Shown: positions 38,861-49,161 of the stretch, piece by piece | How the letters are laid out: each line of letters starts with the position of its first letter | How positions within the stretch are numbered: the stretch's first letter is position 1 | Source of the DNA: Nanobdellota archaeon | GTDB taxonomy: Archaea; Nanobdellota; Nanobdellia; Pacearchaeales; GW2011-AR1 | Assembly (NCBI GenBank): GCA_038046245.1 | Contig: JBBSWO010000008.1 | Location: 2,521-66,520 of the forward strand | Direction of reading: 5' to 3' | DNA length: 64,000 nucleotides | Notes under the pieces: model-generated | The model's database searches: none | What the model was told of the DNA's origin: nothing | Seen by the model: the letters and a program-made list of their open reading frames with translations, nothing else | Made by a program: the position numbers and the translations under genes

Positions 38861-39076
38861 TCAATCAATGTCGAAAATAAAAGATTCTCCTTCTCTGCCT
38901 TTGAAGTGAACTCTGTTTGGTGGGACAGTCATATATTTTGACATCATGTTGACAAACTCGTCCATTGACGAAGGGTCCTCTTTTTTTGAAGTCAAATAGA
39001 CAAGGTACCTGTTGCCTCCAAAACTCTCTATCTTCTGTTTTCCTGTCTCAAACTTTATTTTAACTATTATTTTCAT
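38861..39076 (-). CDS. DUF167/YggU-like small protein
   Basis: MKIIVKIK...YLVYLTS...MSKY-VP-V-F-G pattern, degenerate. Confidence 0.55.
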   Translation of the reverse strand: MKIIVKIKFETGKQKIESFGGNRYLVYLTSKKEDPSSMDEFVNMMSKYMTVPPNRVHFKGREGESFIFDID

Positions 39077-39172
39077 ATAGTTTCATATTTTCTGGGCTTT
39101 AATAATTTTAATGTTTTGTATTATACATTTTGATAAAATTTATAATCACTTGTCCTGTGTTTTATATAGAAA

Positions 39173-39847
39173 ATGGATAAAATTTCATGCATAGTTCCAG
39201 CATATAATGAAGAAAAGAGAATTGGGAATGTCTTGAAAATTCTGGAAAGCCATCCTTTAGTTGACGAATTAATTGTGATTAATGATGGATCTGTAGACAA
39301 TACTGAGAAAATTATAAGAAAGTTTAGTTGTAGGGTAATAAGTTTTAAGAAAAACAAAGGAAAGAGTTATGCTGTAGCAAAGGGGATAGCAATTGCAAAA
39401 AATAATATTATTATGTTGGTTGATTCCGATTTGGAAGGATTAAAAAAAAGAAATATTTCTGACTTAATTCTACCCGTAAAAAATGAAGAGGCAGACATAA
39501 CTATAAGCATAAGAAAAAACAGCATTATTATTTACCGACTCCTAGGTTTAGATTTTGTGTCTGGAGACAGGGTTTTTCGTAAAAACCTCATTAAGAATCT
39601 TGAAGAAATAAAAAAGCTTCCTGGATACGGTCTAGAATGTTTTTTAAATGAGATTATAATAAAAAAAAGACTGAGGCTTAATATAGTCAATTGGAAAAAT
39701 GTTGTGGCTCCAGGGAAACATGCAAAAATTGGATTTTTTAAAGGAATGTTAAAAGAAATACCTATGATTAAACAAATCATAAAAACAGTTGGGGCCTACA
39801 AGATGTTCAATCAGAGTTTTAAAATGCTAGCTTTGAAAGTTAATTAA
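39173..39847 (+). CDS. Glycosyltransferase family 2
   Basis: IVPAYNEE, INDGS-DNT, NKGKS-A, DSD. Confidence 0.9.
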   Translation: MDKISCIVPAYNEEKRIGNVLKILESHPLVDELIVINDGSVDNTEKIIRKFSCRVISFKKNKGKSYAVAKGIAIAKNNIIMLVDSDLEGLKKRNISDLILPVKNEEADITISIRKNSIIIYRLLGLDFVSGDRVFRKNLIKNLEEIKKLPGYGLECFLNEIIIKKRLRLNIVNWKNVVAPGKHAKIGFFKGMLKEIPMIKQIIKTVGAYKMFNQSFKMLALKVN

Positions 39848-40482
39848 ATCTTCTCAATTTTATTTGCAATTTTCTGAGAAATTAATCTCATTAAAAAATA
39901 GACTATAACGGCAAGTAATATTGCTCCTCCAATTATGTACTCAATATATTTTACATATTTGGATATTGAGTCAAAGGCCACTCCAGAGTAAAATCCTAAA
40001 AAGGTCATTAATACAGAATAAGCTAAACTAAGTAAAGCAGAATAAAAAACAAATTTTTTTAGAGGAATGTCTGAGGCTCCGGCGAGAATTATGCCGGGTA
40101 CTGGTAGTGTAGGCGTAAGTTTTATTGCAGCAATTGTTCTTCCAGGATTTTTTTCTAAATAATCTTTTATTTTTTTTATCCTTCCTTCTCTAAGCAGTTT
40201 GTGGACATATTTGTCAATAAAAACCTTTTTACCCATTCTTCCTATCCCAAAAACAACCAAATCTCCAATAATATTTCCTAAAAAAGACAAAATAAAAACG
40301 TAATAAATATTGAAAATATCAAGTGAGGCGGCGAATGCGGCCACGTAAGTAACTATGGGCCCTTCTACAATCATCAATATTAGCATTATGGAATATCCCG
40401 TAGTTTGGATAAATTGGAATAGGCTAACTGGATTGGTTGTTTTGACTATCGAAAGAGCGCCTAAAAAAACGTTCACGTCCAT
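39844..40482 (-). CDS. DedA/VTT-domain membrane protein
   Basis: IVEGP, GNIIGD-FG-GR, AGAS-IPLKKF. Confidence 0.85.
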   Translation of the reverse strand: MDVNVFLGALSIVKTTNPVSLFQFIQTTGYSIMLILMIVEGPIVTYVAAFAASLDIFNIYYVFILSFLGNIIGDLVVFGIGRMGKKVFIDKYVHKLLREGRIKKIKDYLEKNPGRTIAAIKLTPTLPVPGIILAGASDIPLKKFVFYSALLSLAYSVLMTFLGFYSGVAFDSISKYVKYIEYIIGGAILLAVIVYFLMRLISQKIANKIEKI

Positions 40483-40560
40483 TATAATACTAGAAAAAAT
40501 AAGTTAATAAATATTCGGAACAACCCCTTTACTATTTAAACCCCAAACCTCTGAAATTGT

Positions 40561-41385
40561 ATGCAAAAAAGCACACAACCAAAAAACAAAAGGCCCCAGG
40601 AAAGTCATAACCAACATAAAAAGAGCTTCCCAGAGATAACTCTCAAAATAATCTCGGAAGCAGATATTGTAATGGAAATTCTAGACGCAAGACTTTGGCA
40701 GGAAACACGAAATTTTGAATTGGAGAAAGAAGTGAAAAAACAAGGCAAAAAATTAATCTATGTTTTTAACAAATCAGACTTGGCAGATCGTAAAAAAATA
40801 TTGGAAGAAATGGGGGAACAGGTTCTTTATCCTCATGTTTTTATGTCATGTACAAATAGGAAGGGTTCTGGCGATTTAAGAGAAAGGATAAAAATAGAGG
40901 CAAAGGACATAAAAAAAGAAAGAATTTACGTTGGTGTAATTGGTTATCCAAATACTGGAAAATCTTCAGTGACAAATATTCTGAGGGGAAAATCTGTAGC
41001 AAGAGTCGCTTCTGAATCTGGGTTTACCAAAGGTGCGCAAAAAATAAAAATTGGAGACGGCATATACCTTATTGATACTCCTGGAGTCATTCCTTCTACT
41101 GAGGACGCAAAAATAAAAAACAAAGACATGTATAAACACCTTAAAATTAACGTCATAAGATGGGACAGGATAAAAGAACCAGAAATGATGGTTCATTATT
41201 TAATGCTTCAGTATCCCGGAGTTCTGGAAACTTTCTACGACATAAAAGCTGATGGAAATTCTGAGATTCTTATTGATGAATTGGGAACAAGAAAGAATTT
41301 TTTCCTTAAGGGAAAAGAGGTAGACGTAGACAGAACTTCAAGGGTGATTATCAGAGATTTTCAAGATGGGAGAATCAGGTTTTAA
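40561..41385 (+). CDS. Circularly permuted GTPase, RbgA/YlqF family
   Basis: LDAR, NKSDL (G4) before GYPNTGKSS (G1), G-TKG-Q, DTPG. Confidence 0.9.
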   Translation: MQKSTQPKNKRPQESHNQHKKSFPEITLKIISEADIVMEILDARLWQETRNFELEKEVKKQGKKLIYVFNKSDLADRKKILEEMGEQVLYPHVFMSCTNRKGSGDLRERIKIEAKDIKKERIYVGVIGYPNTGKSSVTNILRGKSVARVASESGFTKGAQKIKIGDGIYLIDTPGVIPSTEDAKIKNKDMYKHLKINVIRWDRIKEPEMMVHYLMLQYPGVLETFYDIKADGNSEILIDELGTRKNFFLKGKEVDVDRTSRVIIRDFQDGRIRF

Positions 41386-41792
41386 ACATCCAAAACAACT
41401 TGTACGATCCATTTCTTGCTGTTGTTTTTTACAAACATATCGTTATATGTTATCGCTTTAACAGTGTTTGTAAAACCATAATGCTTTGCGTCATCTCCAA
41501 CTAATTCAGCTTCCAGTTTAAACTTTTTTTTGTCAATTTTTATTTTTTTTATTTTAGAAGCTAAGAATCTTTTTGAGTCTAATAAAAATAAAAACTCTTC
41601 AAGAAAGTTATACAAAAGACTTTCATAATCTTGTCCCTTGACTTTTATTTTTATTCTTTTATTCTCTTTTACTCTCTTATCAAAAATTTCTGAAAGCATA
41701 GCTAAAGCTGAATTCGAAAAAGCTTCTTCGATATTTTTTCCAAACGCTTGGAATTTTATATCTGCAGTGTGTGGAATAAATTTGTATTTCAT
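41382..41792 (-). CDS. Archease
   Basis: HTADI, VKAITY, C-terminal VLDV. Confidence 0.93.
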   Translation of the reverse strand: MKYKFIPHTADIKFQAFGKNIEEAFSNSALAMLSEIFDKRVKENKRIKIKVKGQDYESLLYNFLEEFLFLLDSKRFLASKIKKIKIDKKKFKLEAELVGDDAKHYGFTNTVKAITYNDMFVKNNSKKWIVQVVLDV

Positions 41793-41804
41793 AATTTTAT
41801 CTCA

Positions 41805-42254
41805 TCATTTCTCCCAGCAAAAAATCTTCAATTGTCTTGGACTGTATAATGAAGATTCTGCAGATATAAAAGTTGATTTGGCGTAAATACTTTTATCAGA
41901 GGTTAATTGGCCTAAACACTCGTTATTAATCTCACATATTCTGGCTTGGCAATCAAGATAAGAAGGTTTTTGTAATTGTATTTTATTCTTAATGCCTGAA
42001 GGAATGTCACTCCAATTTACTGGAAGCGAAGATTGATTGAGAACATAGCTTCTAGAAACATCATCTATCTGTATGCTTTTCAGTATGCCACTCTCTGTTT
42101 CATAGATTTTTGTCGACGGATCTTCGTCCTGTATATACCTTTTGTTCAACACTACGAGCAAAACCCCTGTAATTAAAAGAATGGCCACAAAGGCTTCGAC
42201 TACCTGAATCCATCCTTTTTTATTTCCAGGCATGATCTTTAGTTTCGCTTTCAT
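41805..42254 (-). CDS. Pilin-like protein (class III signal peptide-like)
   Basis: NKKG/WIQVVEAFVAILLITGVLLVV. Confidence 0.7.
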   Translation of the reverse strand: MKAKLKIMPGNKKGWIQVVEAFVAILLITGVLLVVLNKRYIQDEDPSTKIYETESGILKSIQIDDVSRSYVLNQSSLPVNWSDIPSGIKNKIQLQKPSYLDCQARICEINNECLGQLTSDKSIYAKSTFISAESSLYSPRQLKIFCWEK

Positions 42255-42308
42255 TTGAATAATTTCCAGTAATTTCTAATGAATCGAAATACTTTATTTG
42301 CTTTCATA

Positions 42309-43007
42309 TTACCAAACCTTTATTCTTAATTTTCCGGACAATAGGCTTGCATTTTTGTCGACGTAAACTATTGGAATTTCCTCAGAATAAACCTCCCTTA
42401 AAGTGTCTATTACTCCAGAGCTTATTATCGTGCCATTGTTGTATTCAAAATCCATATTCCAGTCATTTCCCTGTGTCACAGTTATGTTATTCTTCAGATC
42501 TAAAAAATTTGTTATCCCATTGACTATCCTTGTCTCAAAAAATTGTTTTTCTTTTACGATTGATTTTATTGTATAATTAGAAACGCTTGTAAAAACACCA
42601 CATGAGAAAGAGTTGGTGTTAAATTTTTCTTCTGAAGAAAATATTTTAACAAAATTTTGCTGCCCATTCCAGTTCACATCCAGATAAGTGGGGTTAACAT
42701 TATTTCCAAACTCCAACGTATTGCCGTTTTTATCTTTCACGTAAAAATTTCCGTTGTTTAAACCAGAATCGTTTTTGTTGAAAAAAATACATGAGTTGGG
42801 ATTAATGCTGGAGTTACTTATAACCAATGTTGTCAAATTTGCGGACAGTTGCTCCTGGACTTTTAATTTTAGATAATCCAAAATAAGTTGCTTGTCTTTT
42901 TGATTTTTTACAGTTGGCTGCACTATAAAATAGATTGCAATCAAAAATAATATGAAGATGCTGAATGAGGCTATCATACCAACATGTGACCCATTTTTAT
43001 TTTTCAT
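42309..43007 (-). CDS. Pilin-like protein
   Basis: KNKNG/SHVGMIASFSIFILFL; C-terminal LRIKVW strand. Confidence 0.65.
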   Translation of the reverse strand: MKNKNGSHVGMIASFSIFILFLIAIYFIVQPTVKNQKDKQLILDYLKLKVQEQLSANLTTLVISNSSINPNSCIFFNKNDSGLNNGNFYVKDKNGNTLEFGNNVNPTYLDVNWNGQQNFVKIFSSEEKFNTNSFSCGVFTSVSNYTIKSIVKEKQFFETRIVNGITNFLDLKNNITVTQGNDWNMDFEYNNGTIISSGVIDTLREVYSEEIPIVYVDKNASLLSGKLRIKVW

Positions 43008-43009
43008 TT

Positions 43010-43861
43010 TTAGGCTGAGCCTCCAAAAACCAGTCCAGCCACCGTCGACATTAAGAATGATCCAACAACAAGTGCAAAAGAGTGTTTTATTCCTGCTTTA
43101 AACCCTCCTTCTGAAAGTTTTCCTATTGTTATTCCCGTGAAAAATCCCTGGATCAAAAGTAAGTATAAAAAAGAATTTGATATGTCCTGTGCTCCAACAG
43201 AAGGGGCCCCAAGCCCCGCAATTCCGGCACTTCCCAAATTTCTTACATCTGAGATTCCTGAAAGCAAAGGTAGTATCTTATATTGCATGACTAAAATAAT
43301 AATCATGAAAACTAAAAATATTATATAACCCTGAACTACCAGAGTTGATATGGTGGCCTTTCTTTCTTTTTTCAATTTGTCGGATATGTTTACAGCACCA
43401 GCAACATTTTCCAAAATCTCTCCAATATCTCCCCCAGCTCTCTCGGCCTGTCCGATTAAAGTTAGGACTCTTGATATCGCCTTGTTGCTTATGTCTTCTG
43501 AAAAAACTCTTAAGGCTTGACTCAAAGGAATTCCCATGGATATTTGATTAGCCAGTTTGTCAACATGCTGACTTAACACCCCAAAAGGTTTTCCTTTCAT
43601 GTTCACAATGCTTTTGCTTATGGGAGTTCCAGTCTTTACGCTTTCGACAAGATTTCTCGCAAATTCCAAAAACATTTCTTCCTTCTCATTTGAAACTCTT
43701 GATTCATTAATCACTGTCACAACGAAAGGAGTAAACCCTATCAATATTCCCATGCCAATGATGAAAAAAAACAGATTTCCGCCAGTATCAAAAATAAACG
43801 CGAGAGCACAGACTAATACTGCCGAAAACATTCCAATAAGGTGAAATTTTTTTATTTCCAT
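43010..43861 (-). CDS. Type II secretion system F / Tad-like membrane platform protein
   Basis: F-RNL-ESV-TG, MGIPL-AL, AERAGGDI-ILE, GKLSEG...GIKHS. Confidence 0.88.
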   Translation of the reverse strand: MEIKKFHLIGMFSAVLVCALAFIFDTGGNLFFFIIGMGILIGFTPFVVTVINESRVSNEKEEMFLEFARNLVESVKTGTPISKSIVNMKGKPFGVLSQHVDKLANQISMGIPLSQALRVFSEDISNKAISRVLTLIGQAERAGGDIGEILENVAGAVNISDKLKKERKATISTLVVQGYIIFLVFMIIILVMQYKILPLLSGISDVRNLGSAGIAGLGAPSVGAQDISNSFLYLLLIQGFFTGITIGKLSEGGFKAGIKHSFALVVGSFLMSTVAGLVFGGSA

Positions 43862-43868
43862 TAGGTAA

Positions 43869-45212
43869 TTATGTGGGAGATTGTTTTAATTGTAAAAATA
43901 TTAAAAATAATGCATTTATCGTAGAAACTCCTAAAATCATTATAAGTGTTATCATGGAAGTGCTTATAGGCACGCCAAGGCCGCTTATTCTCATCATTAT
44001 CAAGAGAAGCATCAATATCATAGGGGCTGCAATGACAAGACTTATGTAAATATCCATGAAAGTTTCGGCAGATTTTGTGCTCTTTTCCCGGTCAACCCTG
44101 TATTCAAACAAAAGGCTTTGCGCTCTTTTATCAAAAAATTCAGGCAAAATTCCTCCAGAGTTTATCGTTGTTGCCAATCCATTGAGCAATTCAGATAATT
44201 TTTGGCTCGGACTGTAGAATGCAACATTTCTCAAGGCTGTGACTAAGTCATAACCGTAAACATTTACCTGATTTATTATCTTTGTGAACTCTCTCTGCAA
44301 AAAAGGATATTCTCTTGTAGAGATAATTATGCTGAATATCTTACTCGGTTCAAGCATTGATTGCGAAATTGCAGACATATGGATAGTTGCAAAAGGTATC
44401 TCCTGATTTATTTTATTTTCTATGTAACTTTTTTCAGCTGATGGGTAGACATAGATTGAAAGGAACGTCAATAGCGGGGCGACAATTACAATCCAGAAAA
44501 TTTTTAAAAATCTTGAGAAAAAAGCTTCTTTAGCCATGGTAATTATTGGAAAATCTATCCCAATATTAAAGAAAACCAAAAACATGAAGACAAAAAATCC
44601 AATAATAGCTGCTATTAGCGTCGATAAAAACATGACAGATATATAGCTTGTAGGGACAAAATCCATATTGGCTCTCACCAAGTCCCTCTTAAGATTTATG
44701 AAAAGGGGTTTTTTGCTTAACTTTAATGATTGCTTCCAAAAAATCTTGTTTGCAAACGCAACATATTTGCTTGGTTTTTTGATTTTTTTCTGGAGTGTTT
44801 CTGTTCTTGTTTTTTTAAGCCTCTTTATGGTTTTTCTTTCCATATCGCTTATATCTACATCAACAATACTGTGCCGGGTTTTTTTTACCTTCTTGGCCAT
44901 CTCAACATATTCCGGAATGCTCGGTTTTCTAGTGGAGGCTTTCGTTATCGGAACCTTTTTGCTTTCTTCCGAGATTTTATTTGACACTCTTGGAAGTGTT
45001 TTTATTATTGTCATATCCTCCAAAGAGTTAGAAATTTCTTCAACAGTTTTCCTTAAGGCCCGTTTTAGTGCAGTCAGCTGCGAATTAACAAGATTTTTAT
45101 CATCTTCTTCAATACCTAGGTCAGCATAAAGGTAAGTCATCTCTTTTATTATTTTTGTCTCTTTTCTTACAAGGGCTTTTAGCTCGTTTAGATACTCTTC
45201 TGAATCTTTCAT
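43869..45212 (-). CDS. Type II secretion system F / Tad-like membrane platform protein with long basic N-terminus
   Basis: L-RA-M, EIPFA-HM-AI, YGYDL-TAL, SPS-L-ELL-G, SGG-L. Confidence 0.88.
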   Translation of the reverse strand: MKDSEEYLNELKALVRKETKIIKEMTYLYADLGIEEDDKNLVNSQLTALKRALRKTVEEISNSLEDMTIIKTLPRVSNKISEESKKVPITKASTRKPSIPEYVEMAKKVKKTRHSIVDVDISDMERKTIKRLKKTRTETLQKKIKKPSKYVAFANKIFWKQSLKLSKKPLFINLKRDLVRANMDFVPTSYISVMFLSTLIAAIIGFFVFMFLVFFNIGIDFPIITMAKEAFFSRFLKIFWIVIVAPLLTFLSIYVYPSAEKSYIENKINQEIPFATIHMSAISQSMLEPSKIFSIIISTREYPFLQREFTKIINQVNVYGYDLVTALRNVAFYSPSQKLSELLNGLATTINSGGILPEFFDKRAQSLLFEYRVDREKSTKSAETFMDIYISLVIAAPMILMLLLIMMRISGLGVPISTSMITLIMILGVSTINALFLIFLQLKQSPT

Positions 45213-45391
45213 TCTAATATGCTCTCTATTTTATTTTGCACTTCAAGAATAAACTTTTTCAATTTGTCGAACTCTCCAAAATTCTGGCTTTTGTAGGCAT
45301 ATTCTAGCCTAGAAATCGCTTTTTCAAGAGAACTACTCAACTGATTCAAAAATTCTATATCCTCTTTGTTTACCATTGTAATAACAGCCAA
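45209..45391 (-). CDS. Small hypothetical helical protein in the pilus operon
   Basis: Fills the gap between the ATPase and platform genes; ATGA overlap. Confidence 0.6.
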   Translation of the reverse strand: MAVITMVNKEDIEFLNQLSSSLEKAISRLEYAYKSQNFGEFDKLKKFILEVQNKIESILE

Positions 45392-45415
45392 TATTATTTA
45401 TTAAATCTTTCCAAG

Positions 45416-46981
45416 TCAGAAGTTGATGCCGAGTTTTAGAAGGATATCCTGGGGTTTTTTGGCATACTGTCTTATGATTTCTTTGACTTCATCAAAACCG
45501 GAGATATTTCTTTTGTACAGCTCGTATATGATTCTTACCCTTCTTCTGAATTCAAGGTCAATGTCTTCCATTCTCAGTCCATACCTCTTCGATATTTTTT
45601 CAAAAATCTTACTAGTTTTTTTGAAGTAAAACCTATCGTCTGCAGCATTCCATACATAAGGAGTATTTGTCAAGGCAATTCCATCTGGGGTTACGTTTAT
45701 TATTTCAACTATCTCCCTCAGTTTTCTTGTTTCTTGTTTTTTTACAATTGCGTGGGTCATGACACATACACAATCTAAAACATTCAACAAAGTCGGAGAA
45801 AGTTCTATTGGCGGAGTCTCAAGCCTTTTTATTACTGTGTCAACAGAATCTGCATGAATAGTGCTTATCGAAGAATGTCCAGAAGCCATTCCCTGGAACA
45901 GAACATATGTCTCTTTACCTCTTACTTCTCCAACTATCACATAATCTGGATTTTGTCTGAAAGAACTCTTTAACAAAACAAAAAGATCTATCTCATTGAA
46001 TTTTTCAGTCCCCGTTGCTCCTCTTGCAACACTTGGGAGCCAGTTTTCCTGAGGTAGATTCAACTCTCTTGTGTCTTCTATACTGACTATTCTTGCTTCG
46101 TGAGGGATGAAAAAAGCCGCAGCATTCAACAAAGTTGTTTTTCCTGAAGACGTCCCTCCAGTTATTAGAATATTCATCCTATACTCGACCAATAGCCACA
46201 AGTATGCAAGCATTTCAGGACTCAATGTGTTCATCTCAAGAAGTTTTGTTGGCGTCCATGGAGTCTTCGTGAATTTTCTAATTGTGAATGTTGGACCTTT
46301 GCTAGTTATATCCACAGTATAAGTCGCGTTGACTCTGCTTCCATCAGGCAAACTTCCGTCTAAAATAGGGTTCGCATAAGAAACATATTTTCCACATCTC
46401 TGTGCCAGCTTTTCTATAAAACTCGTGAGTCTGTCAGAATCGGTGAACATGATATTTGTCCTTATATTCCTGTAAATTCTATGAACGATGTATATGTGGT
46501 TGTTGAATCCATTGCACTCTATATCCTCTACAAAATAGTCTCTTAATAATGGATCTACTTCATTAAATCCCATAAAGTCTCTTACAAGATAATAATATAT
46601 TTTTTTGTAAGTCTCGTACGACATGGTTATTCCTAATTCAACCGCTATAAGCTTGAACCTTTTGTCAATATACTCAAGAAGTTTGTCTTTTTCCTTGTCT
46701 ACTATCTCATCGAAATTTATCAGATTTTTCATTGCATTTATTATTTGTTCCTTATAGAAAGATTCTTGGTCGTCAAGTACAGGCTCTTCAACTTCATAGA
46801 TTGTTTCGTATTTTTTTGGATCCCAATAGATATGGACATATGAAAAAGGCGCAACCAAACAGTATCTAATGTCCATCTTTGTCTTGTCACTTATTTTTTT
46901 TAAGACTGGAAGCTCCGGATTAAAATTAATCTCGACTCTTGGATAAGTTTCAATTCCCGGCACCTGTTGTTTTTTTTGCAT
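45416..46981 (-). CDS. Type IV pilus/archaellum assembly ATPase (TadA/FlaI/VirB11 family)
   Basis: EDIECNG, LPDGSRVNAT, TIRKF, GGTSSGKTT, SIEDTREL, RQNPDY-IVGEVRG-E, TIHA. Confidence 0.93.
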   Translation of the reverse strand: MQKKQQVPGIETYPRVEINFNPELPVLKKISDKTKMDIRYCLVAPFSYVHIYWDPKKYETIYEVEEPVLDDQESFYKEQIINAMKNLINFDEIVDKEKDKLLEYIDKRFKLIAVELGITMSYETYKKIYYYLVRDFMGFNEVDPLLRDYFVEDIECNGFNNHIYIVHRIYRNIRTNIMFTDSDRLTSFIEKLAQRCGKYVSYANPILDGSLPDGSRVNATYTVDITSKGPTFTIRKFTKTPWTPTKLLEMNTLSPEMLAYLWLLVEYRMNILITGGTSSGKTTLLNAAAFFIPHEARIVSIEDTRELNLPQENWLPSVARGATGTEKFNEIDLFVLLKSSFRQNPDYVIVGEVRGKETYVLFQGMASGHSSISTIHADSVDTVIKRLETPPIELSPTLLNVLDCVCVMTHAIVKKQETRKLREIVEIINVTPDGIALTNTPYVWNAADDRFYFKKTSKIFEKISKRYGLRMEDIDLEFRRRVRIIYELYKRNISGFDEVKEIIRQYAKKPQDILLKLGINF

Positions 46982-46993
46982 GGTTTTCCTCTT

Positions 46994-47542
46994 TTATACA
47001 ATTAAAAAGTCAATGTTTGTCATATTCCCTATTGTCCCTTTGTTCGAAATTGACAGCCTGTATGGGACGGGCGATTTTGGAATTATTTTTTCTTGTTTCA
47101 GCCCATTATATGTTATATTGTATATATTAGAATAGTTACTTATTAATCTTACCCTGCTTAGGCTGCCCTCTTTTTCAGTGATTGCAACAAGTTTGCCGAT
47201 GTTAACATAATTTCCCGGTTCAGTATATCCATATCTTCCAGTCAGCTCATAGACTATCTGGTCGTTTGTTGAATTGATATCAAGAGAACCTTTTTGTAGT
47301 CCTATTTCTATAACTCTCTGATTTCCCGGTCCGCCTTGGACTATGTTTAAAATTATACTGTCTATTGACTCAAGCATACTAACACTTTGTTCAACAGTTG
47401 ATTTATCCTGAATCTCTTCAATTTTTGGCCTTGCAAAACTTAAGAAAAGCCCTATGATTGACAATGCAATGAGCGTATAGATGACAGTTTCAACCCATAC
47501 TTGGGACTTCTTTCCCATCCTCTTTTTCATAATTTTAATCAC
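46994..47542 (-). CDS. Pilin-like protein
   Basis: KKS/QVWVETVIYTLIALSIIGL class III signal-like. Confidence 0.75.
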   Translation of the reverse strand: MIKIMKKRMGKKSQVWVETVIYTLIALSIIGLFLSFARPKIEEIQDKSTVEQSVSMLESIDSIILNIVQGGPGNQRVIEIGLQKGSLDINSTNDQIVYELTGRYGYTEPGNYVNIGKLVAITEKEGSLSRVRLISNYSNIYNITYNGLKQEKIIPKSPVPYRLSISNKGTIGNMTNIDFLIV

Positions 47543-47595
47543 CTTTTTAATTATAAAGAGAAGAAAATAACTTATTTAAATCTTTCAAAAAGTTC

Positions 47596-48099
47596 TCAGC
47601 AACTTCCGATATTTTGTATTGTGCTTGAAGCATCACACTGCTTCCCATTTATCTTAGGAGCAACCTGAACCCTATCAGGAAAACTTGTCGATGCAAATCC
47701 TGCCCCAGTATAGTCATATCTGTAAGCTACTCCGGAATTTTTTGTAGGAAGCACAACAACATTCGCTCCAGTATAATTTTGTAAGTATTGTACCGTCGAC
47801 GGTGTGTTCAAAATTTTAAAACTTTTTGTTTGGCCGCTTGAGGAGACTCCAAAAGTCGCTTCATCCACATCTGCATCCTTTATTTCCAAAGAAATGATCA
47901 ACTCATGGCTTGTAGCATTATAGCAAGTATATGTTTCATCCAACTTCACTTTGTCAAACGCATTAAAACAACTTTGGCTCTGATCCAGATTGTCTTTTGT
48001 TATTTTTGTAACGACACTCCAGACAATTCCCGCCAAAACCACAGTAAGAAGAACGATAAGTAAAGTTGCCACAACAGTTGAAAGTCCGAGCTTGTTCAT
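47596..48099 (-). CDS. Archaeal pilin (start reassigned to MNKLG)
   Basis: NKLG/LSTVVATLLIVLLTV class III signal; Cys pairs. Confidence 0.8.
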   Translation of the reverse strand: MNKLGLSTVVATLLIVLLTVVLAGIVWSVVTKITKDNLDQSQSCFNAFDKVKLDETYTCYNATSHELIISLEIKDADVDEATFGVSSSGQTKSFKILNTPSTVQYLQNYTGANVVVLPTKNSGVAYRYDYTGAGFASTSFPDRVQVAPKINGKQCDASSTIQNIGSC

Positions 48100-48100
48100 T

Positions 48101-48589
48101 TTAGGCAACAACAACCTCTTGACCGAATTGTTTTTCATCGCAAACGTGTGTTCTTTCTCCTTTATCAGATTCTCCAAGCAAGACTGGAACAACGACGAGA
48201 CTATCGGCTCCAGAAATTTCTGCACTCAAGTCTTGGGATATAAAACTTCCTCCCTGAAGAAGTCCAGAATCTTTCCATCCAGAACTAGGAATGTCATTTC
48301 TCAAATCATACGTCTGGAAACCACGATTTTTCCCGACTTTCAAAACAATTCCATAGATTGGTATATTCCCTTCGTTGACTATCAACAACTGATTGTTGAC
48401 ATATTCTGCCCTGAAGCTCACATCTCCACAAACCAGCTCGACGTTCTCTCCTAATTTCATTATTGTCTCTTTTCCAATCTGCCTGAACCATATGAACACA
48501 ATTAAAGCTATGACCACAGTCATCGCAACAAGCAAAACAGTCGCTATTACTGGAGAAACACCGAACCTCTTTTTATTCTTGTCTAGCAT
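48101..48589 (-). CDS. Archaeal pilin (DUF1628-type N-terminus)
   Basis: KKRFG/VSPVIATVLLVAMTV. Confidence 0.85.
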   Translation of the reverse strand: MLDKNKKRFGVSPVIATVLLVAMTVVIALIVFIWFRQIGKETIMKLGENVELVCGDVSFRAEYVNNQLLIVNEGNIPIYGIVLKVGKNRGFQTYDLRNDIPSSGWKDSGLLQGGSFISQDLSAEISGADSLVVVPVLLGESDKGERTHVCDEKQFGQEVVVA

Positions 48590-48621
48590 TGTTTTATTAA
48601 GACTTTTTTCTTTTTAAATTT

Positions 48622-49161
48622 TTATGAACACACTATTTTCTCTTTTATCTTGTATTGGTTACCGCAACTTGCAAATCTTGCCTTTCCTTTATAATCTTCA
48701 TATCTGGCAGGGCTTATTTCAACAAAATATACTCTTCCCACTCCAGCCAAATTATACTGGTGTGTAGTCTGAACCCCTGGCGGAAAACTGTTGTTATTGT
48801 CTTTGTTAAATATGATGCTTCCAAAATTCTTGAATCCATCTGCACTTTGTAAAATATTATTATAAAGATTTATCGTTGCTAAACTTTGATTTTGACTCGA
48901 ATCGTTAGAGGCATAGATATAATACCCTCCTAAATTAAATCTTCCATTGTTCAACAATGTCAAATTCAACGAGTTTCCTGCGCAGCTGTAGCTTTTAACG
49001 ATCAATGACGTTCCATCCTGGCATTCGAGCTGGTCTTGGGGCACATAGGATTTCATCCAATAATACAACACTCCTCCCATGATAACGGCCATGCTTATTA
49101 ACAAGACATATCCAATCATTACACTTACTCCTAGCTTGTTTTTTTTAATTTCTCGCAACAT
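48622..49161 (-). CDS. Archaeal pilin
   Basis: KNKLG/VSVMIGYVLLIS; L-NNGRFN motif. Confidence 0.8.
   Translation of the reverse strand: MLREIKKNKLGVSVMIGYVLLISMAVIMGGVLYYWMKSYVPQDQLECQDGTSLIVKSYSCAGNSLNLTLLNNGRFNLGGYYIYASNDSSQNQSLATINLYNNILQSADGFKNFGSIIFNKDNNNSFPPGVQTTHQYNLAGVGRVYFVEISPARYEDYKGKARFASCGNQYKIKEKIVCS

Noticed and set aside
42251-42307. 18-codon mini-ORF (MKANKVFRFIRNYWKLFK) between two pilin-like genes
   Set aside because: Too short to support; may be chance or only a translational coupler
48100-48225. N-terminal extension of the 47596 pilin ORF
   Set aside because: Overlaps the upstream pilin; the class III signal begins at MNKLG (48099)
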